Below, one piece after another: positions 1 to 11,700 of a stretch of 64,000 nucleotides of DNA. A program made the position numbers and the translations under genes. Each line of letters starts with the position of its first letter. Position 1 is the stretch's first letter. Under the pieces are notes generated by a model that was not told the DNA's origin, ran no database searches, and saw only the letters and a program-made list of their open reading frames with translations. The stretch is from Eukaryota sp. TZLM1-RC. Taxonomy: Eukaryota; Protista; Metamonada: BaSk clade. The stretch lies in contig JAUPSS010000010.1 in assembly GCA_040285825.1 (NCBI GenBank), positions 1,176,881-1,240,880 of the forward strand, read 5' to 3'.

Positions 1-445
1 TAATGCTCTTAACAGTTTTTTATTCAAATTGTTGTTACTTATATGTCTATGTTTGCGAAGTGACAGTCCGACTCAATAATAAGTCGGTCGAACAAACCAT
101 TGAACATCTCACATAATCTGAACGATAGGTTGAACTAACAGCGTAAATCTCACATTGTTTTCAAGAATTTCCAAATTTTTCATTAATATGAATCTATTCA
201 ATAAATTCAATTATCACACTGAAAAATAGATATTCCCATAAGTTGGTGACATCAAGGCCATACTTTCAAAACATTCTGCATGTGCTTTTGCCTATGGTAT
301 GCACTTTTGACGTGCAATATGATGGTTAGAATACTGTACATTACCTTCAACTAAAAAAAATAAGATTTGACTCAATGTTAAGGCGAGGTGCGAATTATTC
401 ATTACAACACAGCTTTGTTTCCAAAACATTGGGACATTTGGACTA

Positions 446-640
446 CAGTGTTTGTTATAACTTTGGGCCCGTAAACATTGGATATTTGACGATTCCGTCC
501 CAATGTTTTTCGGCACCTGTAAGAAAAACTGAATCAAAATGAAAAACAGAGGAAGTTTTCAAAAAAAACTTTGAAAACTTTTTCATGTCCCAAAGTTTTA
601 AATTTCCAGAATTTTCGGGCCCAAAGTATTACAAACACGG
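446..640. mobile_element. Tc1/mariner-pogo-like MITE (~195 bp)
   Basis: Imperfect ~40-bp terminal inverted repeats (CAGTGTTTGTTATAACTTTGGGCCCG... / ...CGGGCCCAAAGTATTACAAACACGG), flanked by TA at 444-445 and 641-642; no ORF. Confidence 0.65.
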
Positions 641-1572
641 TATTCAAATATAGTTTAGAACAACTTTTGCTTCATAATTTAATTTGTTTATGGATATCAA
701 GTTTCCTATTCAGTCAATTGTTTCAGAAATAGTATTCAATTTTTAAACAATTGTTAATCAATGTCATTTCATTGATTTTCAATGTAGATTCAACTTTATT
801 TATTGGTTGTCACTGTTGGAGAGTCAATCTTCTCCAAATATTGAAGCACATGTCCACATGTCCAGTTCGATCTTCAGTAATGTCCAATGCATTAATCACC
901 TTTTGAATCCATATCTATCTGTATGACTTCACATAAAACACTGTGTGCTTCACCTTTTCAGGAATTGATTTCAGAAATTGTTGTGTATTGTTTGCCAATG
1001 AATACTGTTGTTAATTATAATTTTTCGCATTCAATTTATTTAAATAATTCAAAAGAATCAAAAAGCACATCTCTATAGCAATTGCTGATTATTTGATGAA
1101 CTGATCATAATTACAATGACAATTTGATCTAATCAACAGTGAGTGCTTTTTACATTAGACTCAAACTGTGAATCAGATCACACCAAGCTCAACAGTTTAA
1201 GAGTAGATTTGTGCATTTTTTGGTAGAGACTTGTCCTATCAAGTGATAGAGTCCATTTTTGTTGATGAACAACCATAATTGAACCAAAACTACTTTCTTT
1301 GTTTCATACATCTAAAGAAATTAAACCATAATTTCAGTGGAAGCAATGAGATCAAGGAGTGTAGAGGTGAGACAAAAATAGTTGAGAAAACAATGTTTAT
1401 CAAATTCAAGCAAGAAAAAACTAGAGTTCTAAAAAACTAAAAAATCACAGAAAATAAGATTAAAAACTAAATAAAAAACATTAAAAACTAAATTAAAACA
1501 TTAGAAACGATTGAAACCGAATATAGATAAACCCCAACCAATACCTAAACATCCTGAACAATCGAGAATTTC

Positions 1573-2496
1573 TCATCTGAAATACGAAACAAACACCTCT
1601 TCCACACACTCAGCACAAGAATCTGCACATTCAAAAACTTGAACTGAACCAAAATCAACGCCTCCCATCATAGGATCGTGACCATTAGCGTCTACATTAA
1701 GCATGGAGAGAACCGTGGGGGACACTTGGAAAGCAAACCTTCTATCTGCTCCACAACAACACTTGGAGGGGGAATAGTCACTGGTTGATATACTAAAAGG
1801 AGAAAACTGGATAGCGTGGTTGTTATTAGATTTCAGTATGTACGCATAGTCTTGGACCAAAATATCAGAAGAATCAGATTCATAATCTTCATCACCAAAC
1901 TCTTCATTGTTTTCCTTGTCTGATTCGTACTCATCAGCAAGATCTTGAAACTCCTGGTCTTCATCGATTTCAGAGAGCGAGAGACCATCAGAAAAGGTAA
2001 GAGCCTTGTAAGGGAAACAATTGCCGCATTGACAAGCCTTGACCTTGGAAATGTGTGAGGTACTAGGCTTGTTTTGGGCAATGTTTGGGGTGAAACTGGT
2101 GTCGTTGATCAAGGAAGCAATCCCTGAACAATCGAATCCATCATTGAACGAAACATCATCCCATCCAGTAGCAAAGTCAAGACTGTTGTCCTCTGCTTCT
2201 GGTGATAGCGCTTGGGTAGTAGAAACAGTGGAAAGTGATTTAGTTGATTGAGTTCGTATAGCTTGCCAAGATGAAGAATGTTGTGAACAGGAAAAGCTAT
2301 TACAGCAAAATACGCTTATTTGACGAGCATGGTTGTTGTTGGACTCAACATCGTCTAGAATGGGAAAAGTAACTGAACACAAATGAAAAAGGGGTCTATG
2401 GCATATGTGACAAGAAGGTGGTTTGATGCTAGGATGGTGGTGTCCAAAAAAGGATTGTGACTCAAGACGATTCTTGGTCAAGTGGCCAATAAGCAT
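1573..2496 (-). CDS. PDCD2/PDCD2L (Tsr4)-like protein
   Basis: N-terminal CxxC..PL..L and R.ISVFCC..SC....SW..IR; C-terminal C.CG..R.F.FQV.P and DFGSV.VF.C..SC, typical of PDCD2_C. First ATG taken at 2496. Confidence 0.75.
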   Translation of the reverse strand: MLIGHLTKNRLESQSFFGHHHPSIKPPSCHICHRPLFHLCSVTFPILDDVESNNNHARQISVFCCNSFSCSQHSSSWQAIRTQSTKSLSTVSTTQALSPEAEDNSLDFATGWDDVSFNDGFDCSGIASLINDTSFTPNIAQNKPSTSHISKVKACQCGNCFPYKALTFSDGLSLSEIDEDQEFQDLADEYESDKENNEEFGDEDYESDSSDILVQDYAYILKSNNNHAIQFSPFSISTSDYSPSKCCCGADRRFAFQVSPTVLSMLNVDANGHDPMMGGVDFGSVQVFECADSCAECVEEVFVSYFR

Positions 2497-4249
2497 TGAA
2501 TATTGAGAATGTGCTAAGAAGGTTTTGTGAATTGACCACAACTTTACATCAACTCAACCGTTCTCAAAAATTCACGATTTTGTAGTTCCTTCGTTGATCA
2601 ACAAAGAAAAGCGTCTCAGAATTTTTTAGGTAAACAATAACCAAAAGATGCTTGCAATGCCCTTGGTATTTCCAATTATACTTTATCAAAGATTGAATGA
2701 ATGATAAAACATCTCCAAAATCAAGCAGAATCAAGCAGAATCAAGCATTATTGCCCACTATGAAAGCAAAAGGATTAAATTATGTCTTCAACAATTTTTA
2801 TGTTGTTATTTACAAGTACATAAATTACCTTTCACAGATATTGAAACTACTTACATCTCTATTGCGAAGAACGTTGAAATCGTGGCTAGGTGTCACTAGA
2901 ACTACTAAAGTGAAATAATCTGTAATTACCCAAATGTAAAGGTGGTCGTGGTTTTCCCGATCTTGCCTTATTGTATAAAAAATTTCACATTCTGAAATAC
3001 CACATTTTGCAAAAGACTTTTGATCCTGACTTGAGAAATTTATTTGAACTAATAAGCCAAAAAAGTTCTATTCGAAAACATAAATTTAATCCAATTGAAA
3101 AGTTTGAGAAACATTTTTTTTTCAATTGAAGGAAGAATTAGATTGAAAAATACCCAAATTCGTAAGGTATTTTTTTCCAAATTAAAAACTGATGGAAGTT
3201 CAGGAAGAATCAACACGTCCATGGAGTGTAAAGTACAGTCTTCAATGAATAATGTCATATTAAACTCAGAAAATATGAATGCTGATCATTCCTTATCGTT
3301 GTTCAATTCAAAATCCTGATAACAAAAATGATGGAAATTTGATGTCCATGTTGATTGATCTACCTCCTATAATCATTGAGTATGGAAGAAGTTTTTCCTG
3401 TAATGTATAACCTCCAGCTGGTAACCTTGATCGATGTATAATTTGTCAGAAATTGCCTGATAGATCTAAACTATTGCCTCCTGTGTGCTCATTATCTCAT
3501 TCTGGACCTGCTACCTTGTGTCACTTTTTATGCAGTTGTCCAAGTTATCAAATCCATTGAAATTCACAACAGACCAAAATGAAAACATGATTCAATTTGA
3601 AATAATTTTGTTAACCTCTTACTTCCTTTTCTAGATAATTAAGATGTTCAATGCGATTTACCTTATCACACAAATCATTATATTAATTTTTCTTTGGTTG
3701 TGACTGAGTTAAGACCTGATTTAATCCTTTCTCAAAAAACTGATTAATCAAGAAGGAAGACAGTCGTGATTTGTAAGTTTACATCTGCGATGGAACCATA
3801 TTTAGATAAAAAACATACAGTAAAAGTCTTGAATCCAGAGTCTTGAATTTTTATTGTCAAATTTAGATTTTTTTGTTGAATCATTTCCTTTTGATGTTTC
3901 AGTAAGAGGAATAGTTGCTGGAACCTGCATCTCTTTGATGAAAAGATTACTTATTCCAAAGTCCCAAATGAAAACCATTTGTAAACAATTAGCATTTCAA
4001 GTTCTCAATTGGTCGTACCACTTCTTTTCCGCTGGAGAATCTCGTATATGGTTTTCTGATGGAGTAGAATGATAAAAGCACACCATGGGCAGTGAGTTAA
4101 AGTGTTGCAAGCTCAGTATTGCAGGCTTATTGTTAATGGGAAAAATTGCTTTTTGTTAATAAAACGTATTTCATATATTAGACTACTTCTATTAAAAGAA
4201 ACATATATTTGTTCTAATTCACCACAGCTCACCTTACGTTATGCTTTAA

Positions 4250-4870
4250 ATTGACCCAATTTGATAACTTATCGTTCTTCATTACATGGTTCTGTCAAGA
4301 ACACTGTTTTTAATCTGGCAAGAAATGCAAGAATCTCATGTATTAAAGAGCCTTTGCTGAGAGAAATACTGTCATTAAACAAGTTTGGTTCTGATGGCAG
4401 AGGCGATTGGATTGATAACACAAAGCTTTTTGTTGATTTTTTTTGAATGTTGCAAATGACACTTTAGTTTAAGGAAGGAAACTGAGTTCTGTAAAAGCTT
4501 TTGCATACAATGGAAAGAAGAACATAGAAAATAAGATGACGATATCAAAGAAGATAATACTGATAGAGACAGACCATTTGTTCTTATTTCTTTTCCATTT
4601 TCAATTATGGAAGACTATTAATAGAAGCAAGAAATATTATGAATGATTTTTAAAATTAGTTCAAGAAAATAACAATGAAGAGATTTGTATCTTTTTGTGA
4701 TGGTAACGAATCAAATTCGCAATAATTAATAGATTACCTCGCATTTTTCATCAAATAAGAGTAGCAATGCCGAGAAAACAAGCAGATGAGGATTTTGTGG
4801 AGGAAATCTTGGTTCCCTGTATTTGATCCCATTAGTTCTGAGTTCATTTTAATAAGTGCTGTTCAATAAA
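4250..4870 (+). mobile_element. Degenerate 3' fragment of RLE non-LTR retrotransposon, family B
   Basis: LITYRSSLH..V...VFN.A..ARISCIKEPLL; ends like ...QADEDFVEEILV; homologous to 47160-47810, 40964-41268 and 62663-63100; many stops. Confidence 0.75.
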
Positions 4871-5357
4871 ACTAAAACTATTGTAACTTGAGATTTTCAA
4901 TTAAAACCAATATATAAAACTTTGGAGAATTTACGAACGTTTCTCCCTTTCAGTTAGGAAATATCCAGGATTACCCAGAAATTTTTATTAGGAATTTCTT
5001 AGACTGAAATCTCAAGCAACTAGATTTATTATATTAAAAATGAAATAAAATGTAATATTGTATATATTATTATAATATACTATGGTAATTATTATATTAT
5101 ATTATGTGTATTTAACAGGTCTTCAGGTTTTTGCCTGCAACTTATTGTACTTTATAACCACATCTGTAACAGACCTGTTACATTGCAATTCATAATGTAT
5201 TTAGAAGTGTCCCCAATTATTGGAAGTCATTATATGATATACTTTGCCAAATTTTGGTCCACTTTATGTAGATGTATTGGTATACTCAGAGTATGTTACA
5301 GAATCACATCGATAACACATGGTATTCAAATCCTATTTATTGGAAGAAATAGAGAGA

Positions 5358-5789
5358 CTATGCGTTTTTGCGGCCAATTGAGCTGCCCCGTTGATAGCCA
5401 GGAGGGCAAGGCTCACAGACGTCCTTTCGTTGAGGTTGACATTCGTGTTGTTCAAGCTCAACGACTTCTCTGGATTTGGCGGCTTCTTCAGAGCTAATGG
5501 CCTCCCGACTATGTGTGACTCGCATAAATGGTTCTCGAGTGACCTTTTCCTTATAGATGGGTTCAATAACTACTCTGGACTCTTCCTCACAAGGTCCAAC
5601 AGCATGTTCTTCACATTGACGTCCAATATCTACAGGTCTGCAGACTTTGGACTTTTGGTAATGCTGCTGTTCCTTCTTGGATTTCGATTCTTGAACTGGA
5701 CGACAGACAGTTTCTTCCTTTCTTTCAGTTTTTTGAATCTCTCCACAAACTTCTCTTTCGTATTTGCCTTCGCGAATGTTTCTAGACAT
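5358..5789 (-). CDS. Small charged Glu/Cys-rich hypothetical protein (143 aa)
   Basis: ATG-started ORF in a GC-richer island; hydrophilic, with repeated VCRPV / VCEPC. The opposite-strand ORFs look like shadows. Confidence 0.55.
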   Translation of the reverse strand: MSRNIREGKYEREVCGEIQKTERKEETVCRPVQESKSKKEQQHYQKSKVCRPVDIGRQCEEHAVGPCEEESRVVIEPIYKEKVTREPFMRVTHSREAISSEEAAKSREVVELEQHECQPQRKDVCEPCPPGYQRGSSIGRKNA

Positions 5790-6023
5790 GGTAGTTGAAA
5801 AGTACCTGGCGTGTTTGGTTTCCCCCTTTTAAGTTACCTTAGTAGATATATATTCAAATGATTAGTAGATATCAAGTGCATAAATTCATTGAGAAAGTTG
5901 AAAACAGGAGTGAATTTCACAAGGGAATGCATGATAAGTTAAATTCACTTCTCAAAAACTCAGTTCCTCTTCATCAGTGTAAAAAGGACACATTTTTCAT
6001 TGTTATAGACATCATCTGTAATA

Positions 6024-7301
6024 ATGAGCACTCCTCCTGTAAGCAGCAGTCATATGTCAGCTTTTGAACCATATGCTGCTTATGAAGCTTCTCCTGACAG
6101 ATTACTCCGCAATCCTAATCTCTTCAATGCTGATCCTTCTCAATTTTATGCATTCCTAGCAACAGTCAGCTCAGACGACGACGAGGACTTCATGGTACAC
6201 GAAGAACCCTCTCAAAACAATGAAGATGAAGTTATTGTTATTTCAAAACGAGAGTTGGATGCTCTCAAAAGCGACACGGGGAATAACCCTGATTCTCAAG
6301 GACCAGTGACCATTGACCAACTCGAAACTCTCAGATGGCAGCTATCCTCTCATGTACAACTACTAATACAAACCATTGTGTACTCGGCATGTGACGAGAG
6401 CACTTGCTTTGCTTTCAATCCTTGTGTAGCTCATCTTCAACACTTCTTTCAACTGTACACTGCTGCCACTGGTTTTTTATCGGTAGCCGGCTTAATAAAT
6501 CCTCGTGAATCTCACTTTTATACTCATCATATCAAACATTTTCAGATGTTCTTTTCAGTTTTATCAAACACATCACTGCCCCTGGAAGAACATCATGCTG
6601 CACGACTGTTAGCTGTTTTTGAAGATTCTATGGATCCACTTCTGTACCCATCAGCCACTTATGCTGATCACAGGTCCCAGAGCTCAGGAAAGGTTCAGGA
6701 CAGTCTTGAATTCACCTCTGAAGAAGATTCTTTGCTTATCTGTGGAGTTCGCAAGTTTGGAAAGCGTTATTCAAAGATTCATGAACTGTTCCTTCCACAG
6801 AGAGGAGAATCTATTATTAAAAGTAGAATAAAATCTATTAAGGAACGGGATGGGAATGATGAACTGAGGCAAAAGCTTGAGCAAGCCTTTACAGAGTTCC
6901 AGTCATCGTCCGTTGATCCGGATTGGAGTGAGGAAGATGATATAAAGTTGATAAAGCTGGTTTCTACCTTTGGACATGATTTTTCAAAGATTGCAACCCA
7001 TTTTCCTGCCAAGTATACACGTTCTTTCCTTCGTAATTACTGGTGTAGGAAACTAGCGGGCACTTCTCTAGCGTTTAAGACTCTAGGCGTTGACGAAGGG
7101 TCTTTGCCTTCAATACAGCGATCTGATGACCGAAATGTGTATAATCGTTGGATTTGTGGGTATGCGAACTGTAATGTTGGTTTTGGAGTTAAGAATGAAG
7201 TCTATGTGCATTATTTTAGAGACCACTTAAAACTTTATGGTGGATCTAGTAAAGGGTCTGGAGGTAGTAATGTGAGAGTTTCTGGTTCAATGTCTAGTTA
7301 A
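6024..7301 (+). CDS. Myb/SANT-domain protein
   Basis: Two Myb repeats (FTSEEDSLLICGVRKFG..Y..I; WSEEDDIKLIKLVSTFG.DF..IA) and a C-terminal C2H2-like motif (CGYANC...H...H). Confidence 0.8.
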   Translation: MSTPPVSSSHMSAFEPYAAYEASPDRLLRNPNLFNADPSQFYAFLATVSSDDDEDFMVHEEPSQNNEDEVIVISKRELDALKSDTGNNPDSQGPVTIDQLETLRWQLSSHVQLLIQTIVYSACDESTCFAFNPCVAHLQHFFQLYTAATGFLSVAGLINPRESHFYTHHIKHFQMFFSVLSNTSLPLEEHHAARLLAVFEDSMDPLLYPSATYADHRSQSSGKVQDSLEFTSEEDSLLICGVRKFGKRYSKIHELFLPQRGESIIKSRIKSIKERDGNDELRQKLEQAFTEFQSSSVDPDWSEEDDIKLIKLVSTFGHDFSKIATHFPAKYTRSFLRNYWCRKLAGTSLAFKTLGVDEGSLPSIQRSDDRNVYNRWICGYANCNVGFGVKNEVYVHYFRDHLKLYGGSSKGSGGSNVRVSGSMSS

Positions 7302-7659
7302 TTTGCTATTGTTTTTTTGAATTTATTAAGAAATGGCCTTTTCAAGTCTGTTTTTCAATTCACTCAAAGTATATGGAAAACATTAAATTTATAAATTTGC
7401 TACAATAGCTGTATTTACCAGGCTCCTTTCTTTGTTGGTTATTCTTTATCCGAATCCCTAGAACTGTATTTTTTCTTATCTTTTATCTTTTAAGATAATT
7501 TTGTAAAACTCAAATTGTTGTGCAGACCTTTTGACATTTCTCTTTCTCATAACTTTAGGTTGATGATTAAGTAATATTATTTATTCAACTTTAACACTTA
7601 CAAAATATACTCACACCTAATAGGACAATTCAATTAAAATCTTGATTAAATTCATTAAA

Positions 7660-8160
7660 CCAAGATTTGTACTTAAATGGTAGTTTTATTGTTTTAAACG
7701 CCATGTCCATTGACCCTTGTAATTCTTCTAACGAACATTTCTTTACCTCAGATGTAAATAATACTCTTCTTGCTGGCGAAAAATATAAAATTGCTAAATA
7801 TGCGAAACCCATTTCCTCAGTTAATGAAAATTCTCATGCCCAATATAATTTATGTCCCTTTGTTTTTTCTTTGCTTGGATCTCTAGGAAAGGCTGTTATG
7901 GCTTCCTTGACGATTTTGTTGAAATTGTAAAGGAAAGAACTGGAAGAATTTTCAATCCTGTTTACTGGCAAAACAGCATTGTATTTTCCTTTTTTAAGGG
8001 AATGGTGAGATTAATTTCTGATTCACTTTCTTCTTTTGGGAAATTTTCTGAATCTTTAGCAATTAATTGTTTTGATGTAGGGGAGGCAGGTTTTGAGGAT
8101 GTGGAGTTGTAGTTGTTTATTTTATGTTTTCATATTCCTTATTAAAAGAATAAAAAAATC
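7660..8160 (+). mobile_element. 3' fragment of RLE non-LTR retrotransposon, family A
   Basis: D..SIDP..., E..K..KY, PFVFSL.G.LG, WQN.IVF endonuclease-end motifs; frameshifted; ends in AATAAA plus A-run; homologous to 17740-18330 and 20225-20560. Confidence 0.75.
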
Positions 8161-9102
8161 CTGTAAGTTGTTTAAGATGAATGTTGCTTTTCCTGCAAAA
8201 ATAAAATAAAAAATAAACACATGAGGACGTGATACAGTCCTAAAACGGAAGGTCACGTTTAGCTACGGCTAACATGATAATACGATCACCACACTAATTC
8301 TTCCTGTCTTGGTATTGAAGATATATGGATCTGAAAAAGAAAGCTACTGTTCTCAGTACAAAGCTAAACCAATTTGAGACTCAATGGACAGCACTACAAA
8401 CCCTGTGATTAGAAGAAGAGAAATTCGATTCAAGTGAGTATGATGACAGTTTTTGATTAACAGATATTATCACCATCTTTAATTCAGGTAGATACAGAAC
8501 AACGGAAGTTTTAGTTGTGTATTTCATGATTTCTTTTCCCTATTAGATAAATTAAAAATTGAATCAAAATAATGGATTTGTTTGACAAAACCATCATAAA
8601 GTTGATCCTTTGAATTCATCAATGAAATCAAATTGAATTCGACAACACCATGTCCATCTCTCGATAGTATTTTCTTCAACATTTTGGTGCAAATTGTTCA
8701 AACAGTTTCATGCTCCCAATAATTCTACTATGGAATTTCATTGATAGCAACAGAAACAGTAATAAACACAAGTGCTCTACTTCTATTAGCAATAGTGTTT
8801 TCAATATCTTTATCGTATATTCAAAGGGTTATTGAATTGCAATTCATTAATAGTTTGTTTGCCCCTTTGGAAAACAGAAATAGCCTCGAAATGAAATCTT
8901 CCGAAAGTTACTGTATTAACAATTTAATTAAAACAATTGAGGAAAAACTTGAGGCTTTCTTTAACTATCGACTCACAAGTTTAATTCAATATATGACAAA
9001 AGAGAAATCAAATTCTTTAATGAAGAAAATAGTCACCACCCACTTTTACATTGATGCTCACAAATTTCACAACCAAACAACACAATTATACTATAAAACT
9101 AT

Positions 9103-10075
9103 TTAATAACCATAGACACGTACGCTGCCATCAGTGGTACCAACATACAAGCTTGATCCATCATTGCTCCATGCAAGAGAAAGACATTTGGGAATTTCAG
9201 TGTTTTCGAATAGAGGTTGGGGAACAATGGTTTCGACAAGAGTGGCGTTTTCAATATCGAACACCTTGACACCTGAGTTGGTGGCGGCATAGAGTGCGTA
9301 CTTGGTGGGGTGGAAGACCATGTGGTTAATTTCATCCTCGGCATCCAAAACCCAGAGCTTATTGGCACCTGGGATAGCCCAGAGAACAATTTTTCCGTCC
9401 TTTCCACCAGAAGCACAAAGAGTGGATTCAGGGGAGATAGCGACAGAGTTAATATAACCATTGTGGCCAAGGAGATCGGCATATAATTCTGTTTTGCCAA
9501 GGTTGAAGATCTTAACGAGCTTGTCCCATCCACCACTAACAATGATGAAATCATCAGTTCCGGCAAGTTGAGTAACCTTGACAGTGGATACCCAATCGTC
9601 ATGACAAGATCTGTCAATAACACCTTTGCATTCACCTAAAGTGTTCCAAATACGGATGGACTTATCACGCGATCCAGTAACAATTTGACGGTTATCAGGA
9701 GAAAAGGCAACACTAAGAACATCTCCTTTGTGACCTTGGAAGCGGGCGCTGGTCTTTCCAGTACCGAGTTCCCAGAGACGGCAGGTTTGATCCCATGAGG
9801 CAGTAAGGGCATATTGTCCATCTTCGGAGACAACGACTTCGGAAATAAAATGTGCGTGACTAAAGATAAGATATTAAATGAATAACAAACCCAACTAAAC
9901 TGCGGAGGGGGACGGCGAATTCAGTAACATCACCAGTGACTCTCCAAACAAGAGCAGTCTTGTCTCTGGATCCAGTGACAATTGCGTGATCATCTCCAGG
10001 AATGGTGGCGATGGAGGTAACCCAACCGTTGTGGCCTTGGAAAAAACCCTTTTCGAGAAGTTGAGCAGGATTCAT
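9103..10075 (-). CDS. RACK1: Receptor for activated C kinase 1 (WD40, 313 aa)
   Basis: GHNGWVTSIAT, TGSRDKT..VW, GH.HFISEVV, GSRDKSIRIWNTLGECK, GHNGYINSVAISP motifs. A 31-nt intron (9860-9890) restores one continuous frame. Confidence 0.95.
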
Positions 10076-10149
10076 GGGAAAAAAAGGAAAGGAAAAGAGA
10101 ATTGTTCACCCCGCTATTTGCTAAAACACAATAAAATTACATTTTATCA

Positions 10150-10950
10150 GAACTGCACTGGTTTAATATCTCAGCAACCAAGGCCATTTGGTCTTCACTT
10201 AACAAATAAAGCATGGAAACAAAACATGCGGTTGAGATTGGGCTGTACCCAAGTGGTCTTTTGAATAATTCTGTTTGTATCTGTAACGAAAAACCTACTG
10301 CCAATTTCCATCATATTGTTAGTTGTAAGAGATTCCTTCAATATCGGTCAGTTCTTCATAATGCCGTTCGTGATGTGACATATGAGATGTTCAAGTGTTA
10401 CAATTTTAGTTGCAAAGTAGAACCGTTGTTGAAGCATTATAGCGATGATAATCTGTTTAATTCTTGTCGAGATGATTTAATTGCTCTTTTTGTGGATTCC
10501 TCTCAAGTTGTTGTTGATTTTACTACAGTTGATCCCTTTGCTTTTATTTATCGTGATGATGTTTTACTTAAGTGCTAATGGTCATTTAAAAAAGGCTGAA
10601 GATCGTAAAAGAGATAAATATACTGAGATATTAAATGATTTAAATAAGAATCTTTACTCGAAGTTTTCGTTTGTTCCTTCTGCCTTTCCGATTTTTGGCA
10701 ACATTGGACAGTCCGCCTTGAATTTTATCAATGATTTTGGTAATTTATGTCGTTCAAGTGGAAAGAATTTTGCAGGGAATTTATGGAAGAATCGTATCAT
10801 TTTCGCTTTGTACAGAAGTGTTCCCACGTACTTGAGTTTAATGTTGTCCAAGCTGTATAAGGATTCATCAAGAGTTGACGTGGAGAATTTTGTTTCTTAT
10901 GTGTTTTAGTATGTTTTGTTATGTTTTGTTACTTATTTTAATAAAATTAC
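10150..10950 (+). mobile_element. 3' fragment of RLE non-LTR retrotransposon, family C
   Basis: Zn-knuckle CIC...HHIVSC, R...H.AVRD, VEP, D.TTVDP, AE.RK..KY, WKNRI.F; one frameshift at about 10575. Confidence 0.8.
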
Positions 10951-11216
10951 ATTTATATTCAGTGGAATTTTATTGATAAAGAAGAAATCGATTAGGTACT
11001 TAGCAAAAACCATTTAAACAAATTTAGCCCACTGCACAACTAGTCCGAGTGAGACTAATTGCTACCACCAGTGTATCATCCTTATAGCACGATATGTATC
11101 CCAAATAACTTTCAATTTGTTTAATAGACTTGAACTTAATGTTATGTGTTCAAGATTTACAATTTCAACAACACCATGCAATGTACATCATCTAACATTT
11201 ATACACTGAAGATCAC

Positions 11217-11690
11217 CTATTTAGAATTTTTGGTTTTCCGACCTTTATAATCTGTTATTGTTTCAACAAGCGAGGGAAACTTTGGAACTGGTGGAACTAC
11301 TGCCAGAAACCCATCACTATAGAGTGGACGTGGTAGAGCAATACTGTGGGCAAATAAGGAAGGTAGTAGAAGAGGACCAGAAAGCACTATGTCCATCAAA
11401 ACCCTCACAACTGCCGTATGCTCAGCCAGTGGGTCAACTAACTCTTTCACATGAAGTGCAACTTCACGATGACTTACAAGTCCTGAATAAATTATTTGAA
11501 CTACAATTGATATACATGTAGAAGCAAGATGTCCTGTTATGCCATTGCTTCTAATCTCAGATGCTACATAAAACAAGTAATCTATAACACAATTTGGAAC
11601 ATCTGGAGCAGTAAATGATCTGTCCAGTAGACGGTCACATATCGCTGGATCATTCAGAAGACTTCTAGGAGGTGACAATGGAGTCGTCAT
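11217..11690 (-). CDS. Hypothetical helical protein (157 aa; weak resemblance to the CNOT11 C-terminal domain)
   Basis: True start is probably ATG 11690 (MTTPLSPP); the ORF-track extension to 11750 lies inside the Fanzor end. The CNOT11 resemblance is by eye only. Confidence 0.55.
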   Translation of the reverse strand: MTTPLSPPRSLLNDPAICDRLLDRSFTAPDVPNCVIDYLFYVASEIRSNGITGHLASTCISIVVQIIYSGLVSHREVALHVKELVDPLAEHTAVVRVLMDIVLSGPLLLPSLFAHSIALPRPLYSDGFLAVVPPVPKFPSLVETITDYKGRKTKNSK

Positions 11691-11700
11691 GATAGCTGGA

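Noticed and set aside
1380-1510. AAAAACTAA-like tandem runs
   Set aside because: Low-complexity T-rich 3' region downstream of the PDCD2-like gene.
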